Source: Clostridium sp. (GTDB lineage: Bacteria; Bacillota; Clostridia; Lachnospirales; Lachnospiraceae). From it: 64,000 bases of DNA. The translations under genes were made by a program, and so were the position numbers. Location: positions 16,027 to 80,026 of the forward strand of contig JAMPEW010000002.1 in assembly GCA_023664775.1 (NCBI GenBank), in the 5' to 3' direction. This document shows positions 27,874 to 35,559 of this stretch, piece after piece. The first letter of the stretch is position 1. Every line of letters begins with the position of its first letter. The notes beneath the pieces were generated by a model that did no database searches, was not told the origin of the DNA, and worked only from the letters and a program-made list of their open reading frames with translations.

Positions 27874-29069
27874 AATTCTCCACTAAGTTGATGCTGAATC
27901 TCCAAAAATTGTTGTTCCAGAGTTTTAAATTTTTCCTCCATCTGTATTCTAATAAACTGTAACTCTGTTTCACTATTTAAAACTGAAGCATCTGATAATG
28001 TCTTATCCGTATATATATCAGCATCTTTTTTATATTCCAATATACGTTGCTTCATGTCAACAAATGATTTATACATACTAGATTCAGAATTAGGCATTGG
28101 ATTAACTTGATCTCTATAATCAGAAATTTCTTTCTCAATTTTTAACATAATGCTGTGTGCTAACTCTGACAGAGAACGACTACGTGATGCAATATCGCGA
28201 AGTATTGCGTCTCTCTCTGAAATAAAAGTATCATCCATATCATATTCATGTGATACCTCTTCAACATCTAATACGATATCTTCAAACGAATCCAAAATCT
28301 CATTATATTGCTTAAAAAAAGACTGCCTAGTTTCTTCACATTTATCATACGATGCACATGTTTGAATTTTAGAATAATATTCATCAACAGTCGAGTTCAA
28401 CTTATCTGTAATATCAGACAATGCAGTTTTTATTACTGAAATATTTCTTTTAAATTCAGTCCTCCGTCTAAGTGTAATAGCTTTTTTTTCACAGTTACGT
28501 ATTGCGGTATTAAGCGACATTTTTCTATCTAAAAAATGCTCTTTTAATTGGGAAGCATTATCTATAAATTGTTTTACACAAGAACTAATACGCTGACTTT
28601 CTGTTACAATAAGTTTTAACCTTTCTTTTTCCTGCTCTAGATAATCAATAATTAGACCCATTTCTGCATTCCAATATTCCCCAGTGACAGGATCCTTAAT
28701 TCTTCTACAGTTCGTTACCAACTGCAACGTATTACCATTTTTACCTTTGTCATTAGCAATATTATGAAAAAGAGCTGCATTATCAATTATATCAATCTGA
28801 TCACGTCGAGCGGCTACTTTTTCATCAGGAGCTACAAATAAATCAACAAAATCTTTACCTAATACCTCTTCACTACTAAAACCATATAAAGATTCGCATT
28901 GACCAGACCAAAATTTAATAATACAATTTCTATCACTTGCCCATACTGTAAACGGAGAAGCATCAAGGATAATAAGTTTCATCTGATCTTCGTATGTAAA
29001 TGCTCTCTTGATTTTCATTTCTTCAATATACGCTATCAATTCTTCTTTTGTCATATCTTTATAATTCAC
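27870..29069 (-). CDS. PAS-domain protein with a long helical/coiled-coil C-terminal region, no recognisable output domain
   Basis: ILDASPFTVWASDRNCIIKFWSGQCESLYGFSSEEVLGKDFVDLF is PAS-like. The rest is heptad-rich helical sequence. Confidence 0.6.
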   Translation of the reverse strand: MNYKDMTKEELIAYIEEMKIKRAFTYEDQMKLIILDASPFTVWASDRNCIIKFWSGQCESLYGFSSEEVLGKDFVDLFVAPDEKVAARRDQIDIIDNAALFHNIANDKGKNGNTLQLVTNCRRIKDPVTGEYWNAEMGLIIDYLEQEKERLKLIVTESQRISSCVKQFIDNASQLKEHFLDRKMSLNTAIRNCEKKAITLRRRTEFKRNISVIKTALSDITDKLNSTVDEYYSKIQTCASYDKCEETRQSFFKQYNEILDSFEDIVLDVEEVSHEYDMDDTFISERDAILRDIASRSRSLSELAHSIMLKIEKEISDYRDQVNPMPNSESSMYKSFVDMKQRILEYKKDADIYTDKTLSDASVLNSETELQFIRIQMEEKFKTLEQQFLEIQHQLSGEL

Positions 29070-29117
29070 ACCATTTCCTCCCTCCTACTTAATTGTAAAA
29101 CTCTTATAGAATATTCA

Positions 29118-30269
29118 TTAAGGATGCAAATATGGATATGTTTTACACTCACCAAGTTCCCTATAAAGTCGACGAACCGCCCTACATTTTACTAAATTCT
29201 GACCACTAAGTTTTCCTGTTTCGTTTACTGTTTCACCCAAACAATAACCACCACAATGGAGTTTCGCTGGGCATGACTTACAATGATTCATTTCTGTCGA
29301 ACGACGCTTATTTAACGCCTTAATCCTTTCGCTATATAATTCAAACGATTTCGTATTAGCATTCCACTTTCCTACAATAAATGGCTTCATATGATATGGA
29401 TCTGCTCCTGACACAACCATATCACATGCAGATATGTAGCCATCTGGTGTTAAGTGAGGTGCATTTTGCGGAGTGCAACAACGACAATGATATGAAGATT
29501 CACCATCAAAATTAATAGTGAGAAAGCTTCCCCAAAATACTCCTTTACTTTGAGCATAATAATAAGCTTTAAGATAATTATCAACATATAAATCCATATC
29601 AAAATGATATGCATCTTTTTTTTCCTTATCCTCACATATAGGAATTTTCCCCACTGCATAAAACAAGGGATTAGTCCAAACATAACATATTCCAAGACTA
29701 TAAAAATAATCTACCATATCAATTTGCTTATCAATGTTTTTATCTGTTATAGTTACTCTTGCACCAACCATTAATTTACGGTTTTGCTTATTTTCATTTA
29801 GCCAACGGACATTATCTTCCAATATTTCTGCAGATGTTTTGCCGTTAAAATCTTGATTAAAAAAAGGATTAAGAGGGCGATTATATTCCTGAATTTCTTT
29901 CATTCCATCAAAGGACAGCCAAATAATATTAAAATTGTCTAATGCCCAATTACGTACATCTTCTGTAAATACACCATTTGTCTGAATTTCTACAGTAACT
30001 CTATCTCCTCCATTTGGATGTAATTTAGCATAAGAAGTAATTTGCTTAAGAATTTCAAATTCTTGAGTTGGCTCGCCCGGTCCATAAAATCTAATATGGC
30101 GACTATCATTATTAGAAAAATACCAGTCTATTCCAGCTTTTGCAATTTCCAAAGAAAGTGTTTTTTCTTCCATTGCATTACGTTCTTTCGCATTATAACA
30201 ATAACGACAACATAAATTGCAACGTGTTGTCAAAAAAAATGATATCATTCTTTTATTACAATGTGGCAT
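29118..30269 (-). CDS. Radical SAM enzyme with a SPASM-type C-terminal Cys cluster
   Basis: TTRCNLCCRYCYN (Cx3Cx2C), GPGEPT, and a C-terminal CKSCPAKLHCGGYCLGE. Confidence 0.8.
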   Translation of the reverse strand: MPHCNKRMISFFLTTRCNLCCRYCYNAKERNAMEEKTLSLEIAKAGIDWYFSNNDSRHIRFYGPGEPTQEFEILKQITSYAKLHPNGGDRVTVEIQTNGVFTEDVRNWALDNFNIIWLSFDGMKEIQEYNRPLNPFFNQDFNGKTSAEILEDNVRWLNENKQNRKLMVGARVTITDKNIDKQIDMVDYFYSLGICYVWTNPLFYAVGKIPICEDKEKKDAYHFDMDLYVDNYLKAYYYAQSKGVFWGSFLTINFDGESSYHCRCCTPQNAPHLTPDGYISACDMVVSGADPYHMKPFIVGKWNANTKSFELYSERIKALNKRRSTEMNHCKSCPAKLHCGGYCLGETVNETGKLSGQNLVKCRAVRRLYRELGECKTYPYLHP

Positions 30270-30325
30270 TTCCAGACCTCCATTATTAAATTTTTAAATA
30301 TAAGCATTTGATACTATTTAACAAA

Positions 30326-30667
30326 TCAGCATTTGCTTTCATTTCTCAATGTGTACCGTAAACTCTTTATCACCGACAAAATAACCTTCATCTCATAATC
30401 CGAACAATCACTCAGTTCTTTCATAAGCACATTCTTCATTTCCGAACTATCAGATACCTCCGGATAAAATACCTGATAAAGCGGCAAATCCAACTCTCTC
30501 ACTAACATACACAGCAATTCAAACTTCGGATTTCCAGTATTCTTTTCAATATCCATAATTGTCCTTTTACAGACACCAAGTTTCTCGGCTAATGCCTCCT
30601 GAGATAAATTTTTACTTTTTCTTGTTGCACGGACAATACTGCCTAATGCACTTACTGACTGGTTCAT
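30326..30667 (-). CDS. XRE-family HTH regulator heading the seven-gene operon
   Basis: IVRATRKSKNLSQEALAEKLGVCKRTIMDIEKNTGNP. Confidence 0.75.
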   Translation of the reverse strand: MNQSVSALGSIVRATRKSKNLSQEALAEKLGVCKRTIMDIEKNTGNPKFELLCMLVRELDLPLYQVFYPEVSDSSEMKNVLMKELSDCSDYEMKVILSVIKSLRYTLRNESKC

Positions 30668-30812
30668 TTCAATTCACCTCTCCTATATTATAAAACTCAC
30701 TTTTGGGCTCCACAATCTAACTACAATTCACTAAGAAGTGCATTTTTATTCACTATTTCGACAAACGAATATGATATTCCAGTTTCGTGGAACTAACAGT
30801 AGGACTTCAAAT

Positions 30813-30859
30813 AAAAATCCGGTCTATTTTGTAAGCAAACTCACTCCAAAATAGACCGG
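30813..30859 (-). terminator. Rho-independent terminator after the recombinase remnant
   Basis: 12-bp stem ccggtctatttt (30819-30830) / aaaatagaccgg (30848-30859). A T-run follows on the minus strand. Confidence 0.75.
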
Positions 30860-30876
30860 AAATCTCTGTGTCATAT

Positions 30877-31158
30877 TTAATTGTTCAATTTCCCCTCAAA
30901 CTTCCATACTATATCAATCCTGTTCCCCAGATAGACAATAATCTTTTCAATCAACTTTTCTTTCATATCCTCTGTCAGTTCTTCCTCCTCCAGAAAGACA
31001 AAAGTCTGGTCCGCTTTCCTTTGGGAGCCTTCCTGTTCTTCCTGTGTCTGTCGGAGCGCTGCAAGTTCTTCTTCCAGCTTCCCCATATTGGCATCATACT
31101 GTTTCTTTTCGTTCAGGAAGAAGCCTCTTTCCATTTTGCCTTGTAGGGGAGGGTTCAA
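30877..31158 (-). pseudogene. 3' remnant of a large serine recombinase gene
   Basis: Coiled-coil MGKLEEELAALRQTQEEQ, then ELTEDMKEKLIEKIIVYLGNRIDIVWKF, which resembles the C-terminal tail of TnpX/TndX-type recombinases. No catalytic domain. GC-richer than its flanks. Confidence 0.55.
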
Positions 31159-31223
31159 ATCAACAAGGGAATTAAAAACTCCCCACTGCTATAATTCTAA
31201 AATTACTGGTGAGGAATGTATAT

Positions 31224-31994
31224 TTATATTTCATTTTTTTCTTTGATTATGTTTCGAATCCACTCATATTGCTTTTCATATATATTATATGGATGAACTA
31301 TCTTTTTCAATCTTTCTTGATGTGAATCACTTCCTATAGATGCATAAAGACAATTTCGAGATATTATATCTTCAATAAGTGCGACATCTTCTTTAGAATG
31401 TTTAGGAGTAATTAGCTCCACTGTATCAATTCCTAAAGAAAGAATAAATTGTTCAACACTTTGAGCACTAAAGCCAGCAAGCGATTCCATTGGATGTGCC
31501 AATACCGGTATTCCTTGTGCGTTAACTATGGCACTTATTATCGTAGATGCAGGAACAGAGTGGCATTGTTCTTTATACTCAATATTATTCTTTCTCCAAA
31601 AATCTTTTGAATCTATATATTCTGGTAATGGAACATTAATCCGAAATGGATTTTTAGGCAAATTCTGTATATTAAATCCATTTTGCTTTAATATTTTATT
31701 AATAATTGAAACCCGCAATTTTTTGACCTTATTAACAATTTTAATCATCTCTTTGTTTTGAGCATTAAAGTTATATCCCAATATTTCAATATATTGTCCA
31801 TTATGATTACAACAGATTTCTACTCCTGACAAATATTTTGTCGAACCACTTCCATGATATTTTGACGGATCAAAAATATTCTCATGATCTGTAAATGCAA
31901 TTAAATTATAATTGGAATATAAATCAGGAATAGAATCTTCTATGTCTATCTTTCCATCTGAACACTTGGTATGAATATGTAAATCAATACACAC
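31224..31994 (-). CDS. PHP-family metal-dependent phosphoesterase (TrpH/YciV-like)
   Basis: CIDLHIHTKCSDG, AFTDHE, LAHP, GSDSH. Confidence 0.75.
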   Translation of the reverse strand: MCIDLHIHTKCSDGKIDIEDSIPDLYSNYNLIAFTDHENIFDPSKYHGSGSTKYLSGVEICCNHNGQYIEILGYNFNAQNKEMIKIVNKVKKLRVSIINKILKQNGFNIQNLPKNPFRINVPLPEYIDSKDFWRKNNIEYKEQCHSVPASTIISAIVNAQGIPVLAHPMESLAGFSAQSVEQFILSLGIDTVELITPKHSKEDVALIEDIISRNCLYASIGSDSHQERLKKIVHPYNIYEKQYEWIRNIIKEKNEI

Positions 31995-32012
31995 TTTTTT
32001 TAACCATCCTTC

Positions 32013-33083
32013 CTATAACAATAACGGTTCTTTTACCGTTTCTTTATTTATATAATCTGCATTTATTTGTGAAAGGTATTGACTAAAACGATAATGTCTG
32101 CACGCCTTTAATGGGCATCTTCCCTCACACATCTCTTTAGAATATATGTCTATAAACTCCTTTTCATCACTGATTTTATTATTTCTATTTGCGTTTGCTG
32201 CAATACACGGAAAAATTTCTCCCTCTGCATTTATAAGTCTATATAAGCCTGTATTTGCAAAAAAACATTTTTGGGGATGAGGAAATGTACTATAGATAAA
32301 ATCATCCAAATTATCAATTAAAAAATCATATTGTTTTGCAATATTATGGTTATATGCCTGATAACGTATTTCTTTGATAACAGAATCTTCTGCCAAATCT
32401 TCATTAAACAAAAAGTTTTGTTGATACTTTATCACTATACTATCAGCCCCTTTGTTCATTGCATAATCTAAATAATAGGGAAGGAGTGAATAGTTCCCTT
32501 TATTTATTAAAATTTTCAAAGCAACCTCTTGGCATGATTTTTTTTGACTTAAAAGGAAAGATATATTTTTATCAATACGATCAAAAGAATTAACTCCTGT
32601 TATAGCTTTACTTGTGACTTCATTAAACCCTGTAACATGTATTTGATAAAAGTCAAATTCTCTCCAAAAATCTTTGATTCCCTCAAAATTAAACATATTT
32701 GTTGCAATGCCAAAACTACATTTTTTATCTATCTTCGCAAAAAAATCTTTCCAGTATTCCTAGACCAGTGGATCTCCACCACCTGAAAAGAAAACACTTC
32801 TTAAATCATATTGTCCGTATCGTTCCAATACTGAAGACACTTGTTCTACAGTAAGTGATTTTCCATTATGTCTTGTACTATAGGAACATCCATTACAATT
32901 CAAATTGCATCGATTAGTTAAATGGAACTCAATTTCCCAAATTGCATTATCTTTGCCAATACAATCTTTTCTAATTTGAAAAGCCAATCCTATTTTATCT
33001 AACAGGAAACTATCCACACTCTTTCTGTTAGTAAAAACAATTGCCTGATGTGGAATATATTTCTCATTCCGTTTAATGTTCAT
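32013..33083 (-). pseudogene. Radical SAM gene interrupted by one in-frame TAG (32760-32762)
   Basis: FHLTNRCNLNCNGCSY (Cx3Cx2C), FFSGGGDPLV, TAG, then in frame EYWKDFFAKIDKKCSFGIATNMFNFEG... The two track ORFs (32760..33083 and 32013..32696) share one frame. Confidence 0.7.
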
Positions 33084-33178
33084 TCATTTCAACCTCAAAA
33101 AATGCAAGTAACAAGCATATAGATTACCATATATTCGTTAATTGCAAAACTCTTTTGCAATTTAGTCATTCCATATAT

Positions 33179-33817
33179 TTACAAACTAATTTTATAATTT
33201 AGTACTATCTTATCATTTTCATAATCAATGCCTATTGGTTCCGCAACCAAGTTAGCATTTTTATATTTCTCACCCAGTTGGGTAAAAATAAAATCTCTCG
33301 GAGAATAAAAATGCGGTAATGGCAACTGTATTAATTCAGTATCGTTCTCCTTCACATTCACTTCAACATAATAATCTCGTTCGACATAATTAGGTATAAT
33401 TTTAAAAAAAGATTTAGCAGGTATTGAATAACTCTTATGTGGTATTTTACCTGAAATAGTATCTTTATATCCTTGTGGCATAAAAACTGTTTCAACTTCA
33501 TTTTTATCAACCCAATGAAGCGTTCCTCCATCCTCATCAATCAATATATCCGGAATACTTAACGCTTTGCATATAAACGGTACTATAATTATATTTTTCA
33601 ATCCTATTTCATAAAGCCATGGTTCTTTGAATCCTAATACCTCAACTTTTATACCCGATTCTTCTTTAAATTCTGTAATTAAGCGAAACTCTGCAGAAGC
33701 ATCTCCTTTTTCTAAACGCCCACCTAATAATTCATACTCACATCTTTCATTTTTTCTAAGAAGTAACTTTCCATCAATCTCTATCACACCCTTAATAGAA
33801 ACACCAAAACGATCCAT
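33179..33817 (-). CDS. Nudix hydrolase with a C-terminal extension of about 90 aa
   Basis: Nudix box GGRLEKGDASAEFRLITEFKEESGI. Start moved to the ATG at 33817, 9 nt after GGAGG. Confidence 0.75.
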   Translation of the reverse strand: MDRFGVSIKGVIEIDGKLLLRKNERCEYELLGGRLEKGDASAEFRLITEFKEESGIKVEVLGFKEPWLYEIGLKNIIIVPFICKALSIPDILIDEDGGTLHWVDKNEVETVFMPQGYKDTISGKIPHKSYSIPAKSFFKIIPNYVERDYYVEVNVKENDTELIQLPLPHFYSPRDFIFTQLGEKYKNANLVAEPIGIDYENDKIVLNYKISL

Positions 33818-33848
33818 AATAATTTCCTCCATAATTAATTCACATTTT

Positions 33849-34922
33849 TTATAAACCAATATACTCAATCAATAACTGATTCCCAACAAGAAAGCCACAA
33901 ATTAAAAGTATAAACCCAATTACAAAACAAATTAGAACTTTTAGAACTTTTAATTTGACCTTTGAAGAAAAATACAATAACATTCTGAATGTAGTAAAAG
34001 CAATAATAAGTGTACCTCCAAACATAAGAATAATGCCTGCACATCTATTAAAATCATCAATTTCAACTACAATATTTACTGATGTCAAAATAAAAGCTAA
34101 AATAGACGAAAAAAACGCTAAATATTCTAAATACTGCGTTTTAATATTATCCAGATTATTTTCTATTCCTTCAAATGTTGAATTAAACTCAGCAATCTTA
34201 TTATCTACTTGATGATTTTCCATCATCATCTTAATTTGAAGTAAAAAATAATTATATTGACCTATTCTAATCATAGAATCTTTATCTACTACACCCTCCA
34301 TATCCAATGCTTTCTTAACACATGAAATACCTCGGCGATAATCTCCCGTAGACGCAATTAAACGCCCTTGAGTACAATAATATTTTGCATGATTAGGATG
34401 AGCAATGATTACATCATCAAGCCTTTCAATAGCTTTGTTGATTTGAGAAATATTTATATCAACATTTTCTTCAATAGCAAGAGCAATTATCTCAGCATAA
34501 TGATGTTTAACAGCCAAATTAGTTGGCAATACATCACATGCTTCTTCTGCATACCTAACAGCTCGACTATACCCGTCTTCTTCTCCAAGAATTCCTTTAT
34601 TACGAAAATACGTAGACATTACTATTTTATATAAATTATACTGTTTAAATTCATTTGCATAGTTATCCACATATGTATTATATTTTGAATAGTTATTAAA
34701 CTCTCGGCAAATAATGAGTAATGCGTAAAAGGCAGAGAACCGATGATTTGAATTAACATCTTTCAAATAATTTTCCACATCATTCTCTCTGTTCAATAAA
34801 TTATTACTCAGAACGACTTTTTTAAGTCTAATTGTATAATCATCATCGTTTTCATTCGGCAAGTTAGCTAATAAAGATTCAATACTTAGTATCACTGGTG
34901 CATTGTTACCTCGCCTTGCCAT
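33849..34922 (-). CDS. TPR-like helical-repeat protein with C-terminal TM helices
   Basis: The N-terminal 260 aa or so are helical-repeat-like (AEIIALAIEEN, AKYYCTQGRLIASTGDYRRGISCVKKAL). C-terminal hydrophobic helices (LAFFSSILAFILTSVNIVV, AGIILMFGGTLIIAFTTF, LICFVIGFILLICGFLV). Confidence 0.55.
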   Translation of the reverse strand: MARRGNNAPVILSIESLLANLPNENDDDYTIRLKKVVLSNNLLNRENDVENYLKDVNSNHRFSAFYALLIICREFNNYSKYNTYVDNYANEFKQYNLYKIVMSTYFRNKGILGEEDGYSRAVRYAEEACDVLPTNLAVKHHYAEIIALAIEENVDINISQINKAIERLDDVIIAHPNHAKYYCTQGRLIASTGDYRRGISCVKKALDMEGVVDKDSMIRIGQYNYFLLQIKMMMENHQVDNKIAEFNSTFEGIENNLDNIKTQYLEYLAFFSSILAFILTSVNIVVEIDDFNRCAGIILMFGGTLIIAFTTFRMLLYFSSKVKLKVLKVLICFVIGFILLICGFLVGNQLLIEYIGL

Positions 34923-35109
34923 ATTTACATTCCTTTCATGACTGTTGTTACAAACAGCTTAAGTTGCATTTCTGTGAAAATATACAAATATTTCTATTTA
35001 TTTTTACCGTTTTTTCTTAAGATGTCAATAAATTTTGTGTGAAAATCACTTTTCTAAAATAAAGATATCTGCATACATCATATTAATTCATATTTCGATT
35101 ATACTCTAC

Positions 35110-35200
35110 ATTTCTCAAAAAATCACTAAGCTCATTGTCCTAGTCACTAATGACATTGTCCTACCTCTTTAACATTTATCATTGTATTTCCCCTGTCTGC
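35110..35200. repeat. Junction repeat copy S3 (right boundary of the nested island)
   Basis: Aligned to S2 (see 16457-16545). Paired 10-mers cattgtccta at 35133-35142 and 35154-35163. Base composition changes from AT-rich to GC-richer immediately to the right. Confidence 0.65.
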
Positions 35201-35304
35201 CGTACCCTCTTCCATTGTATCCTTCACATTCTCCCGTCACCATGACAGGTCCCACCTGCCACCAAAAGGGCAGAATTCTCCCTTGGTGGCAGATGTTTGT
35301 TTTA

Positions 35305-35559
35305 TCAGAGCAGAACATATAAAAGACTGCTCTTTCCTCCATTGTCCCGATACCGCTGTTCTGTTTTTATCAGTCCTGCTTTCCGCAAATCCCTGATTGC
35401 CCGCCTGACAGTGGTCTCGGACAGCTTCAGTTCCCTTGCTATGGTTGGAATTGCCGGCCAGCACTTTCCTTCCTTGTCTGTGCGGTCGGCAAGGTAAATA
35501 TAAACCGAAATAGCCCGATGGGGGAGGTCCATCCGATAGATTAAATCATGTCTTCTCAT
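35305..35559 (-). CDS. Winged-helix/HTH DNA-binding protein of the ICE
   Basis: CWPAIPTIARELKLSETTVRRAIRDLRKAGLI. Confidence 0.65.
   Translation of the reverse strand: MRRHDLIYRMDLPHRAISVYIYLADRTDKEGKCWPAIPTIARELKLSETTVRRAIRDLRKAGLIKTEQRYRDNGGKSSLLYVLL

Larger units (their letters stand above)
16457..35200. mobile_element. Decayed integrative island nested in the ICE (defence-type cargo)
   Basis: Bounded by imperfect direct repeats S2 and S3. Integrase pseudogene next to S2. AT-rich relative to its flanks. Contains the KAP NTPase, Gabija, two unknown operons and a serine recombinase remnant. Confidence 0.55.

Noticed and set aside
29450-29695. 81-aa minus-strand ORF inside the rSAM/SPASM gene as a possible precursor peptide
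   Set aside because: It is an out-of-frame overlap within the radical SAM coding sequence. It has no RBS, and its product is Ile/Leu/Met-rich as expected from AT-rich off-frame translation.
32760-32762. Genome-wide TAG reassignment (for example to Gln or pyrrolysine)
   Set aside because: All other long genes in the window are free of in-frame TAG codons. A recoded host or phage would show many.
32013-33083. Prokaryotic viperin (pVip) identity for the split radical SAM gene
   Set aside because: Only the generic Cx3Cx2C and GGEP-like motifs are present. The viperin-specific sequence context (CNYKCGFC, C-terminal NTP-binding region) is not recognisable by eye.
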